Assembly: GCF_018350175.1 (NCBI RefSeq)
Contig: NC_058368.1
Coordinates: forward strand, 155,126,001-155,190,000
DNA: 64,000 nucleotides
Direction of reading: 5' to 3'
Source of the DNA: Felis catus
Lineage: Eukaryota
Shown: positions 13,571 to 26,137 of the stretch, piece by piece
How positions within the stretch are numbered: position 1 is the first letter of the stretch
Layout: every line of letters starts with the position of its first letter
Notes under the pieces: generated by a model
Told to the model about the DNA's origin: nothing
The model's database searches: none
The model's input: the letters and a program-made list of their open reading frames with translations, nothing else
Made by a program: the position numbers and the translations under genes

Positions 13571-16321
13571 CAGACAAAGCCACAGAACATGGGTAAAGCC
13601 ATACACAACCTCCGGCAAACCTTCCAGATAAGATGGTTCATTCGCGTCTTTCAGTTAAAAAGTCTCAGGCGAAGCTAATACCCCCACTCATCGATGTTTT
13701 GTCCTGTGATTACCTATGCTCCACATCCATGTGCACTGGACTGAAATGACTAGAACGACCAGTGTATTTAGAACCTTCTCTGGGCGACTGCCACCACCTA
13801 ACCTGCCATTCCAGCTGTGTCTCATTCGTCCCAATGGTGGGTAATCTCAGACAATTTCTGCCATTCTCTCATTCAGTCCATAGGACCCACGCCTTCCATA
13901 AAGTAAACTGCTCTACTTTCTACACGATTAAATGGTAAAATAGACTCTTTCTGATGATATTCACATGGCTGAATCCTAGATGTAAGAAAACTGTAGGGAA
14001 CATTACGTGTGAAATCAGGGTGTTGGGTCCTAAACTGAATTAAGTACCCACTGTATTTTACAACAATTAAAAGGATTTTTGTCTTTCCTGGAGAAGGAAG
14101 AAACGCTTATGATAAATTCTATCTTTCGAAAGAATTGTGCCTAAGTTGTGCCCTTGTTATTCAAAACAGAATAACCAGTAGGGAAAAAAAAAAAACTATC
14201 ACGTTGTTAATTAACTAGATGATTGCAAAGGATGGACATGATGGGGAAACGCCATGAGATGAAGCCTTGCTCTGCTAAGGTTCAAAATGCAGACAGATAA
14301 TTTTAAGTTGTAGAATTCAATGACAGATAAGAGAAAGAAAGCAAGGTTGAACTAGTTCATCTATACATGAAAAAGTGTAAGGCTTCCATAGCCTTCCATA
14401 AATTACAACAGCCTCATTAGTAACTGACCAGCATAGCAATAAGATAGCAGCAAATTTTCTAGCGAACGTGGTTTACCATTTAAACAAAGTTCTTCATGGT
14501 GTTTTCCTATATTTAAAATGATTCCTGTCCAGGGCATATTGCTACTTTGTATTCCTCTTGATATTTTCATTTAAAAGAGAGCCGCTGTGCAAAATAATGT
14601 CCTTGTCTGTCCCTTCCTCATACAAACCTCCAATCAAATTTAATAAAGCTAGTTTGATACAATGCCAGCCTACACTTGGTTTACCCTTGGTCGACTTTAA
14701 TAGGGTCAAAAATATTTTCGCATTGGCAGTGTACGCATTAATCATTTTTCCAGAGGATTTAGAAAATTGGAAGAGACAAGGCCAAGCAAAATTTTAAATT
14801 AATTGGGCCTACCCCAGCCTTCCAGGGTCACCTTGTGGCAGTTGTCCCACATTTTCCAGGTCACGGAGTTCCTGTGTTTCCTACAGCTGCCATGAGGAGA
14901 GATCCAGGCTGTGGGCACACAAAGGTGAAAGAATTTCCCTCAGAAAGTGCGAATTTTCCTACGGCAACCACAACAATTGCAGTTTCCAGATTGTCGCCAG
15001 ACACCAGCCACTTAAATAATGCATGCTCGGCTGACGCCTCCACTTGTGCATTTTCTAATCGAGTAGTCAGGAAAATTTGCAAACACTCTGTCATTTACCA
15101 TAAATCCGCTGCCTACTTATAACCACAGAGTAATTAATTTTAGTACTGCTGAGAATTATTAATTTCAGCCAGAAAAACCTGTTTTCACTCTCGCTATATC
15201 CCCCCCCCCCCCTTTCTTTTTTCCTCCACCGATACTCATCAAAAGGTTGAAGCAGTTTTCTTACAGAGGAAGGTTTATTCAGAGTGATGTTATTGACAGT
15301 CTGTAGGATAGCAAGAACGGAATCTGTATTTCTGGTTCTAATCCACACTCTTGTGCGTGTCTGGCTGGTTCACCATGTGAATGAAGGTGGCAACATAAAG
15401 TTTCTTCATGACAGTAGTGATACAGCGGCCCTTAAGCCTCACTGTGTGATAAACAACCCACCTCATGGTCTGGTTCTTCTAAGAGAAGGTAGCAATGGGC
15501 TGCGCCCTCCATGCAGAAAATACTTGGAGCCTTTTGAGCAAATTAGCAAATATTTTTCACTTGCTTAAACAATCTTGGCATTTCACAGAAGAGAGAGTAA
15601 GAATCTTCACCAAGGATAAAAATAACTTGTGGAATACACAATTACGAATACACTGGTATGAAACTCTCAGCAATCACGCGTATATCCAACATACACAGAA
15701 TGAAAATGGAGCATTAAATATGGCGCGTTTTAACTTGGTAACGCTAAATCTGGCACTCCCTCATTTGATATTAGTTTCCTGCTAAAGCAGCTGCATGATA
15801 TGTCACAAGAATGTCCATATTATAAATACGTAATGAGCATGAGAAAACTGGTACAGCTTTGTTTGACTAATAACCAGATCCCTCCCTATCAGTAGCAGGA
15901 ACACATAGCTAGCACAAGTATGGGCACTTTAATTGCCATGGAAGATTTCGTTTCCGCTTTCCACTGCATGAGTGATCAAGAAAAAAATGAAGGGAAAGTA
16001 AACTAACATCTAGAGATGTAAACATGACTCACTGGGAAATCAGACATGGTTAAGTAAATTCCAGGATGTTTGTGGTTATCTGGGTCTAAACACTGCTGAT
16101 AGTTCTGACTACTCTTGTTTTTAACTGTTTTTCCTCTGGGTGCTTCTCAGTCCAAGTGCTAAGACTTCAAAGACTTCAACCTCTTGATTATGAGCAGTCT
16201 GACTGCGGCGTAGCAAGGAAGAGATGTCAGTCAGCATTAATGAAATTACCTGGTAGAGTGTAAAATACTTCACCAAGACCACGATCTAGTGAAAAAACTA
16301 AAGATTTAAAAGCAAGGCTGA

Positions 16322-16448
16322 CTGGTCGTGATGCACAACAGGTGCTGTATGGAAGTGTTGAATTGCTTTATTGGACACCTGAAACGAATAGAATGCCGTG
16401 TGCTAACTATGCTGGAATTAAAATAAGTAAGTAAATAAACAAACACAT
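16322..16448 (+). mobile_element. 5'-truncated carnivore L1 3' end (L1_Carn-like)
   Basis: gtgctgtatggaagtgttgaatt…acacctgaaac…tgctaactatgctggaattaaaataa. TSD aaaagca(a/g)g(c/t)tga at 16308-16321 and 16449-16462, at a TTT/AAAA endonuclease site. Confidence 0.85.
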
Positions 16449-16859
16449 AAAAGCAGGGTTGAGAAAACCGGACACTGCTACCATGTGTATACTGCACCTT
16501 TTCTTTGCAATACAGTAGGGTGAGGTGACATGACTACTGTTATATTAAAATGGGAAGTTCTGAAAAGTTTTAAAAAGGCATCAAGTTACAGATACATAGA
16601 AAAAGATCATAAACAGGAAAAATATGTCAAAAGGGGAATGTTTTAAGAAAAGCTGCTTGGACTTCAGAACTACCGGGAACCTTGAGGCATTTGATACACG
16701 CCCTCGCGGACGCCTGCAGAGAACCCAGAATTCGAATCCTCAGTGCATGCTCTGGGCTCAGCAAGAGATGCATCACCCGGGAATGTGTTAGAAACGCAGA
16801 CACCCGAGCCCCACCCTAAGCTACTGAATCAGAAATTTGTGCTAAGAAGATCCAGGAGA

Positions 16860-17052
16860 GAGACGCCTCGGTAGTTCAGTCCTTAAGTGTCTGATTCTTG
16901 ATTTCAGCTCAGGTCACAATCTCACAGTCCGGTCTGTGGGACAGTGCTCTGCACCGACAGCAGTAAGATTGCTTGGGATTCTCTGTCTCTCTCTCTCTCT
17001 GTCTCTCTCTCTCTCTCCCTCCCTCCCTCCCTCCCCTGTTCTGTAAATAAAT

Positions 17053-17095
<43 letters not shown>
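16860..17095 (+). mobile_element. Can-SINE (diverged, B-box region altered) with a (CA)n tail
   Basis: ttgatttcagctcaggtcac and gcttgggattctc. TSD aagaagatcc(a/g)ggaga at 16844-16859 and 17096-17111. Confidence 0.9.
17055..17094. repeat. Pure (CA)~20 microsatellite
   Basis: Read directly from the sequence. Confidence 0.97.
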
Positions 17096-17097
<2 letters not shown>

Positions 17098-18954
17098 GAA
17101 GATCCGGGAGATTTATATGCACAGTCTGAGAAGCACTGGTCTAAAACATAGCTGTGGAAGGTAAAGAAATTTCACAGATATAAAACAAATTATTGTGAAG
17201 AATCAGCTTGCCATCTTTAGTTCAAGCTGACTAATTACCTTCCAGGTCAACACTTCTTTACGACCCCCAAGTTTTCCACACACACAAAATAACATTGCTC
17301 CAGACAAGGATACAACGTACGTATCTTCAATAAACTAACTTGTATTTCATGTGAAGGGTGGGCCCACTTGAAAAAGGGAAGTATTGTATACTTAACAGTC
17401 AGGCAAAGAAACAAAAAAAACAACTAACATCTCTAAAGTGCTACTAAAGTTTCTGGTTTTATATTCCATTAACTTTTGTCTCTTTTGATCCAGCCTCTTG
17501 TTTAGAGTGGTAGATTTGGCAAACATGCCTTTGGAGCTGTAATCTTTTATCTTCTAGGTTACGAGGCAAAGCTCTGAATACTCCCAAACTGATGAAACAA
17601 AATCCATCTCTCTTTTTTTTTTTTTCCCAGTCCTTAAATTTCCTGGGCTATGATAAAGGTTCATGAGAGAAAAAAAAAAGCATTTTTTAATCACCATGAT
17701 AAATAATTCAAACACTGTGTAACTAATCCAGAAAAGAACAGAGTTCAACCCCATTAATTAGTCATTACAAACTACTGACTTGTACAAGAGTATCAGTGGT
17801 GTTTCAGGCATAAAATATTAGGGAGTTATGTCCAAGATATGGAGTTAGGATACAGGACTTTTGAAAACACATGATTTTTTTTTTACTGGAAATACTTGTT
17901 ACTAAATTGAAGCACCACTGAGATATTATGTTGCTCAATATTGCTCTTCTTTACTAATCACAAACATTTAAACTTTAATGCATGATATTTTGTTCAAAGC
18001 AGCACTGTGCTGATCTTCACTGTATTTTGATAGCAAACTGAATTCTTGTTCACAAGTATAGGATTTTTGTTTAGCTTCAGGCATCTGTGTTTGGATTACA
18101 AGAACGCTGATTGGTTCACTGCCAGGGGCACCCAAAGGTCAAACTGTCCTTTGAAAAGTACTGTCTCTGTCTCTCTCTCTCTGTCTCTCTGTCTCCTTTG
18201 TCTCATTAATCAGAGTTAAAAGAGGAAACAGCAATGACTTCAAATCATTTAATTCTTCTTCAAGGATATCTTTAAAAGCAGAATTCGGTGTTGGTGTGAG
18301 GTCGAGTCAAGGCGAGTACAGATCACACTGGCACACTTCTGACAGGTGACCTGAAACCTTTCAAACTGACATCTGTCACAGAGACAGACACACGTTTTTT
18401 AGCTCAAGAGCTTGTTTTCCTGACATTTCATTTTTCATCAGATTTCGAGAGAAGGGAAAAAAGATGAACTTGAAAAAGTCTTGCCAGGGGCAGAAAATAA
18501 GATCAGGTTTTCTGCAGCTGCCTGACTCACCTTTAAAGGTTAGAGGTCTAGCAAAAGTGAACAAAAAAGATCTCAGTTTGATGTGATTGGATAAAAGGAC
18601 ATGTTATTACTTTAAATACGTTTCTGAGGCTTGCATAACCATTAGGCAGCATTACTGGAAAAATGGAATCAGAGTGAGATTACATATCCATTTTAAATCC
18701 CAATTTCAGAGTTTAGTCATGGAGTAAATCAAATCCAACCTCACCTATTCATCTGGCACAAAAGATGAAATCCACAGGTGCATGAATTTTCTCCTGAATT
18801 GAATAATCTCTTGCTCCTATGGTATTGAAATGGCCAGTGAAATTTAGGCAAGGTGCAGAAACTCTTACCCTGGACTAGAAGGAGAGCGCATTACAATAGT
18901 TACATTGTTTACCTTGACCAAAAAACATTAGGAAAATGTATCTATTGAATAATA

Positions 18955-19110
18955 GAGCAAAGAACTCAGAGTCCAAAAATACCTGGGTTATAGTCCTGGC
19001 TCTACTAAAAGTATGACGTTGGGCAAGTGACACTTCGGTTTCAGTTTTGTCACCTGCAAACGGGGGAAATCATTCTATCTTGTGGAGTTCTACGAGATAA
19101 CGTATTAGTA
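18955..19110 (+). mobile_element. MIR
   Basis: cctgggtt…ctggctctac…ttgggcaagtgac…tcagttttgtcacctgcaaa. Confidence 0.7.
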
Positions 19111-19186
19111 TGCAGCCAAATATAAAACAACATATTGAACAACTGACACTATATTATGCTGTTTTTTTTTATTCTGGTGCCTAACA

Positions 19187-19660
19187 CAGATATTCCACGA
19201 CTTACAACAGGGATATGCCTGGAAATATCTTAAGGTGAAAATGCATCTAATGTGTCTAACCTACCGAACATCCTAGCTTAGCCTCGCCTGCCTTACACAC
19301 GCTCAGAACACTTACATTAGCCTACAGTTGGGCAAATTCATCTAACACAAAGCCTGTTTTATAGTAAATTGCCACATATCTCGCGTGGTTGCCTGACTGC
19401 TCTACTGAAAGTGAAAACACCAGAATGGCTGTACAGGTACAGAGGGGTTGTGAGTGTCTGGGCTGTTTGTCCTAATGATCGCGTGGCTGCCCGTGCGGCC
19501 ACTGCCCGGCATCACGAGAGGATCCCACCACATGTCACTAGCCCAGGAGAAGGTCAAAATTCAAATTTTAAGGTACAATTTCTACGGAATGAATATCGCT
19601 TTTGCGCCACTGTAAAGTCAAAAAATCACACATCAAATCATTGTAAGTCAGGGACCAGTG
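19187..19660 (+). mobile_element. MER47/Tigger5-family (TcMar-Tigger) DNA transposon relic
   Basis: Degenerate terminal inverted repeats cagatattccacgacttac… and …gtaagtcagggaccagtg. Internal ctaacctaccgaacatc…ctcagaacacttacattagcctacagttgggcaa is typical of MER47. Confidence 0.85.
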
Positions 19661-21699
19661 GGTACAGTACTTTACATGAAATTAGCACTCATTAAGTGTG
19701 TCCTGATTTAAAATGAAAGGCAATACTTTCATTTTATTATCAGATCACCAATTTTTTTAAGTGAGTCTAGGAAATTTCTCTACGAGGAACAGCATGGATA
19801 AAGGTTGAGAGATGTATTTTTACAGATTATCTCCAAATATGGATACAGGAGCAATAACTTTAGAATTCACTAAGAGACTGGGCACATACGAGACCATATG
19901 ATTTTCAAGCTCAAGCAATCAGGCAAATCAAATGTATTGGAACAGAATCATCCGTATTTCCTAAAATAATGGCTCACATGTTGCTAACTAGCCAGTGTTC
20001 CTTTGGGTAATCGGATGAGGAGTTTTCAGCCATATTGCTCATTGTAATAAAGAATCTGAGAAAGTACTAAATATTACTAAGTAATAGGAACTAAATATCT
20101 TTGATCTAGCCAACTAATTGTAAAATCAGTCTTATCTTGCTAAGTACATCATCATCAAAACAGTCTCAAAATGCTATTTATATTTCCTTTCTGATAACCC
20201 TTCTCCACAAAGATATAACATTGCAGAATGTCTTATACATTTATGATACCTAATATTAATATCTGGTGCTTTTTATCAAACTGCTCAAGTAAAAAAGTAC
20301 ATGACAGATTAAGTATATGAAAGGTTAAGCCCCTCAGGCCTAGAATTTGGGGTGTGACATCTACTCCTGCAGGTACATGGGGATCCGGGGTTCAAGGCTC
20401 TATTGATAATCCTACCCTTTTTCCTACTTTATAATAATCTATGATAATCCACCCTTATTTCAAGTCCACTTTTTAGCACACTTCACATTAATAGATACAA
20501 GTAAATGAAAACAATGTAGGAATATTTCATGTCAGAGAAATCTAATAGTATGTATTTTAGAATACGCAGCAATGCAACACATACTATTTGTTTGATCCCG
20601 TTCTTTCAGATATTGAGTTCTGTTCTTCCTTTAAGTAGAATCATAATCATCATACTACATGTTTCAATTCTTGCTTTTGAAAAGAGACTCTACAAAAGTA
20701 GTGAAAAGAACTTGGATCAATCCTTAAATCTATTTTTTAACCTCCTTAGGGTGTCCTATGTTGCTATTTTGGAGAAGTTGCCTAGTTTTAGAGAAGTTGC
20801 CTAGTTTTTATAGTTCACAGTCATTCTGTATTATTTCCCTGACAAGCCTGAGAAAAACTTTTTTATACAAATTTAATTTAGTTTATGAGATTTGTTCTGC
20901 ACACTTTGGATGCTCAATAGTTGTTACGATAATAGTTATTTTAGTACTGATCACAGAATAAGGCTGCGTGAAAATATTAATCTATACTACCAGAAACCAT
21001 AGGATTATAGAATCATCTAAACAACAAGTATATAAAACTTTCTTGCAGCAATTCTGTAGTACTTCTGAGATCTCACCAACCTTATCTGACATTCTAATTT
21101 ACTTTTTTTAGATGAATATATTGTCCTGAATCATAATCTGTGTCTTTTAACATTTTTTTTTGCAATTCTCTTTTTTTTTTTGCAATTCTTGATTTCCAAT
21201 AATAGGATTTTAAAAGAACATTTTTATTATTTTTGAGATGTATAATCTGTACATTTCTGCTTCCTTAATATTTATTTATTCACAATTATACAATACATTT
21301 AGGGACTGGACTTTACAAGTGTTTCTTGATTTCCAAGAACAGGCAAGACCCATTTATGAGACTTTAAAAGCCATTCTTTTTCAAAACAAAAAGTTACATT
21401 GTTCTAACGTCATGTGAACTAAAGTGCCAGAGTTCAATTTCAGTTCAGAAGAACAAACCCAGAAGATATGAGTGGGCTTCCAATTTGGTGAAATATTTTA
21501 GATTTAGCATCTGAACTGTAGAAGAAAAATGATACAAAGTAACACTTCAGAGCCTATGAACAAACAGACATTTCATCCACTGGGTGGCTTTAGACAAGAA
21601 CAAAGGGCTGTAAATGACCGCTTTAGCTTATTTCCTCTGCACCCTACTCCATGAGTCACGAAAAGGGGCTCTATGGACTTGAGCAGGGTCTCCATCTTT

Positions 21700-21911
21700 C
21701 TTTTTAAGTTTATTTATTTTGAGACAGAGAGAACGTGTGCAACAGACATATGGGCGGTGGGGAGAGGGTGAGAAAAAGAATCTCAAGCAGGCTCTGCACT
21801 GTCAGCACAGAGCCCCATCTGGGGCTCAAACTCACTAGCCATGAGATCATGACCTGAGCCAAAATCAAGAGTCAAATAAATGCTTAACCGACTGAGCCAT
21901 TCAGGTACCCC
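21700..21911 (-). mobile_element. Can-SINE, antisense
   Basis: Reverse-complement body and a tttatttatttt tail. Degenerate TSD at 21682-21697 and 21913-21928. Confidence 0.92.
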
Positions 21912-23039
21912 AAGCTGGGTCTAGATCTGATCAGGAAAACAGACCGTGGCACAGTCATTAGAATCTATCCACTTCAGCCAGCCCCCTAGGTGTGCATCGC
22001 TCATGTGAAGGCAGTCTTCATCCACTGGTAATACTTTCAAAGGAGGAAAGCATGACCTCTACCTTCTCATTTAAGACAATGCTGCACACAACCTGTCTTC
22101 AGCCTGCCCTGTGCCTTTTCTTTATCCATCTTTGTACTCTGTCCCAATCTCTGGCTTGGCCAAGTAAGTGTCCCATATCAGACATTTTCTTCTTTAAAAT
22201 TAGACTTTGTTTTCTGATTACATCAGCAATACAAACATGTTCACTGGACATAAAGAAACAGGCAAAAGCATATTTGCTTTCAGTCATTTTTTTCCCTAAG
22301 TTGTGATTTAAATACTTGAGAACATACAAAAAGTACAATTATGTATTCAGCTTTTTTTTTTACCATACCATAAATATTTCCCTATTGCTATAAAACATTA
22401 TGTTTAAAGATAATATTACTGGCTGCATGACATTCTCTCAATATAATCTCAATGGTGTATTTCATGTCCTTTCATCCATTTATCACTTAGTGAGTTTTCT
22501 TGTCATTTTCAAATTTTATGTCTTCATAGATTAAAAATTAATCACTTTTTCTATTCAAAAATATTACCTGATTTTTACTTGTCTTTTAAGTTACTTAAGA
22601 GGTTTTTGATCAGTAGAGGTGTTTAATATTTATCTTAACAATTATATTGATCTTTGATTTTTTTCAGTTGCTCATTCTATTTTTTTTTCTACTTTTGGTT
22701 TTTCCCCATTGCTTATTAAGCTTGGAAGTTCTTTCTCAAATAGCAAAAATTCACCCATATTGTTTAAAAAATATTATTTAATATGGCTTATTGCTGAAAT
22801 GGAAAATTTACCATATTATTCAATCTACTTTTGTATATGTTTAAATGATTTTGTATTTAAAATAAAGAAACATTCTGGCTTCTTTCCATCCTATAGATAC
22901 TTACTTTTCCTTAATTATATCTTCTCAGGGCTCTGATGGACACAGTGTTGATTTGAAGTAAAGTACTAATGAATAATAATGGTATTATGCCACTTGCTCC
23001 CCAAGTTTGGTATACACAAGGATTATGTGGGGTATTTGT

Positions 23040-23130
23040 CAAAGGGGCTAGGTAGAGACCTAGGAATTCACATTTTTAACAAGTACTAGGAGTGATTATG
23101 CTGAGATGGTCTATGGACCACACTGGAACT
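23040..23130 (+). mobile_element. MER5-family hAT fragment
   Basis: cctaggaattcacatttttaacaag…gtgattatg…atggaccacact. Confidence 0.5.
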
Positions 23131-23149
23131 ATGTGCTCCATATTTTAAA

Positions 23150-24400
23150 ATTAGATAAGTGATTTCAACACATGGTGCTGGAACACTTGGATATCCATAT
23201 GCAAAAAAAAAAATGAATTGCAATCCATATCTTTCACCATATATTAAAATTAACTGAAAATGAATCACAAAAAGAAAATACTTGGTTATAGATCTAAATG
23301 TAAAACCTAAAACTACAAAACTTCTAGAAGAAAACATAGAACAAAATCTTGGTGGTCTTGGCTTATGCAAAGTTTTCTTAGTTATGATGACAAATGAATG
23401 ATCCATAAAATTTAAAAAAAGATTGGTAAGTAGGACCTGATCAGAATTTAAAACATCTGCTCTTTGAAAGACACTATGAAACAAAGACAATGAAAAGACA
23501 AGCCATGGACTGGGAGAAAATATTTTCAACCCATGTATCCGATAAAGTGCTTGTATATAGAATATATTATATTTTTAAAAAACCCTTAAAACAATAAAAA
23601 TTAAAAACTCAAATAATGAACAAAATATCTGAACAATTACTTCACCAAAGAAAATCTACAGATGGCAAGTATCACATGAAAAGATGTTCAATATCACTTG
23701 TCATTAGGGAAATACAAATTAAAAAACACAATGAGATACTACTACACATGTATAGAGTGTCTACAATTTTAAGACAGATAAAGATTGGCAAGGATTGAAG
23801 GAAATGGAACTCTCATACACTGCTGGTAGGGATGTAAAATGACACAACCACTTTGGAAAGCAAGTTGGCAGTTTCTTAAAAAGTTAAACATACACCTACC
23901 ATATGATCCAGCCATTCCATTCCTAGGTATTTAGCCAAAAGAAATGAAAGCATATGTCTATACAAAGACTTGTACCTAAATGCTCGTAGTAGCTTTAATT
24001 ATAATAGCCAAAACCCAGAAATGCCTCAAGTGTCCATCAACAAGTGAATGAATAAACAAGTTATTATGTATGCATACAATGGAAAATTACCCATAATAAA
24101 AAGGAATGAACTTTTGATGTATGCAACATGTATGAATCTCAAAATAATTATTCTGAGTAAGATAAGGCAAGCCAAAAAAGTGCATACTTTGTGTTTCCAT
24201 TTATATAAAATTCTAAACAATGCAAACGAATCTATAGCAAAAGAAAGCAGATCAATGATTCCACAGGGAAAGGGAAGGGATGGAAGGGAGGAATTACAAA
24301 ACGCCAAGAGGAAACTTTAAAAATAAAGGATGTTTTTATTATATTGATCCTGGTGATAGTTTCATGAGTACACAAATATGTCCAAAAAATAAAAAAATAA
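23150..24400 (+). mobile_element. Ancestral L1 (L1MD/L1MC-like): ORF2 C-terminus and 3' UTR
   Basis: aaaacttctagaagaaaacatag, atgaaaagatgttcaatatcac, tatgatccagccattccattcctaggtattta, tgtccatcaacaagtgaatg. Confidence 0.9.
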
Positions 24401-24638
24401 ACCAGAAATTTGTTGAGAGATTCTGAAGGATAGTGGTCTACCTGATTTCTTTTCCCTCCTACCCACTTCTTGGATAATTCAACCTCCTAGGTGGGCTATT
24501 GGATCTTGGAGCAAAATGTAACATGAATTCCCAAAACAATTGTGCAAAAGCAAACTGTGCAAAATCAGTTACATTCTGTTTAATTGTGGTTTTTTTGTTA
24601 GTCATGGAAAATCAATCTGCATAGAAGGAGATATGCCT

Positions 24639-24800
24639 GTTACATTTGGGGTTCCCCAGGAAGAATACTGCGAAAAGGGATTTCCTATGCAATATTTTTA
24701 TTAGGGAGGGTTCTTGGAATCAACCCCTGTGAAAGAGAAAAAGCAGGATTGGGTAGATAGAGAAGTCAGGCTGTAATGCAGGCCTAGAAGCTTCAGCTAA
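24639..24800 (-). mobile_element. LTR16-like ERVL LTR fragment
   Basis: Begins tgttaca…ggggttccccaggaag, the reverse complement of the LTR16 3' end. Confidence 0.55.
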
Positions 24801-24809
24801 TCGCATAGA

Positions 24810-25420
24810 CTTTCTTGAGCTAAAGAGACAGTACTATTCAGAGTTAAATCCAAATAGATGATAATGATGCGACTAAAAGTTATAACATGCATACTAGATA
24901 GCAATGGGTTCTTGTGAAGCTTGATCCAGTGTTCAAAGGATGTCACCAAGAGCCCAGTTTCTTGCTCTCCGCTGTGCCTTCCACACATTAAGCTCCATAC
25001 TCTGACTCCATTCAGTGGTTTTCTCAGTTTCAGATTTACATGACAGATCATGAAGGCTTGGTCACATACCTCACATCCTCCCACCAACAACCCCAGTGGA
25101 AAATAAATCAGAAGTCTAGGACCTCCTACAGAAAACAAAAGGATTCTCAAAAATAATAATAATAATAATTATTAATTAATTAATTAAATCCAGCAAAACT
25201 CTCTTTACATCTCTTCAATTGGGTATGTGCCCATACCTGAACCCATTTCTCTGGTCAGGAAACTGGACTGGATTTGTTGGCACAGCCCTGAAGCTCAGAC
25301 AGAATCCATTCTTCCAAAATGGAGGAGGAAGGATTTTCACAGAAAGTCTGTGGGTGCTATAACAAGAAGTAGATGGAATAGATGCTAAGACACAAACCAG
25401 ACTAATACTCTAGCAGAACT
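24810..25420 (-). mobile_element. MaLR LTR (MLT1K/L-like), degraded
   Basis: gcttgatccag…tcaaaggatgtcaccaag; atgtgcccatacctgaaccc; gggtgctataacaagaag. Confidence 0.55.
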
Positions 25421-26117
25421 ACAACAATTTAAAGCAAAGGCACAAGCAGTGGGGCAATTTTAGGGACTGAGCCACCACAAAGGGTACTTTTGGAGAGTAG
25501 GTAGGCCATTTTTTGGCTACTCCAACACCATCACAGTTGGTGACCAGTGACCCCACTCACTCATATACAATCTGTTGTTACTTTCCCCGTAAGTAAACAT
25601 ATCTTCATCCTTTCAAATTAAAAACTATAAGAAATGTCAAGAATGAAAAGAAAAACATTTTTAAATTAAACTCTATTAAAGAAATGCTAGTTCAAAAAAG
25701 ACATAATTGGGCTCTCTGAAACCTGGCAGCTCCCAAACGCCAACAAGTTTTTCTCTTCGCAAGTCTGTTCTCAGCCATTCCAAGAACGGAACGGAGAAGA
25801 ACAGAGCTATATCGTTTTGATGACAACCCACTTCTAATCCACAGGATCATATGCCTTTGCACCCTGCTCAAAGGAAACTTGGCCTAGAAAAAAATTAGTT
25901 TCATAACAAACCAGCCACTCTGAGAATAGAGGTGAGAAGAGATCGGGTGGAAGAATCTGAGACGTGTTGAGGAGTTGGCGAGCTTTAACTGCCAGTTCAT
26001 ATGCAGCCTCATGATTGTGCACGATGACCGGAGGGACTTGGCTTCTGGTTTCTCAGTCAAACCCTTAATTCAGGAGTATAAAGGAACAAAATCTGGAAGG
26101 TGTGGGTCCTTCTTGTG

Positions 26118-26137
26118 ATATATATATATATATATAT
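26118..26137. repeat. (TA)n microsatellite
   Basis: Read directly from the sequence. Confidence 0.9.

Larger units (their letters stand above)
16741..17139 (+). mobile_element. MER5A1-like hAT-Charlie non-autonomous DNA transposon, split by a SINE
   Basis: gcatcacccgggaatgtgttagaaacgcaga…ccccaccc…ctactgaatcagaa…aagatcc[SINE]…tatgcaca…tgagaagcactg. Confidence 0.8.

Noticed and set aside
14542..15785. Cluster of overlapping 67-96 aa ORFs on both strands
   Set aside because: None resembles a protein I recognise. Overlap on both strands suggests base composition rather than coding sequence.
16725..16741. B-box-like attcgaatcc as a possible tRNA gene
   Set aside because: No A-box and no cloverleaf.
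16909..17122. CVCVCV/ERERER ORFs
   Set aside because: Translations of microsatellite and SINE sequence.
23086..23529. 147-aa minus-strand ORF
   Set aside because: Antisense reading of an L1 relic.
25700..26050. Exon-looking unique stretch (62-aa minus ORF)
   Set aside because: No recognisable product, stops in the plus frames, and no convincing splice pair.
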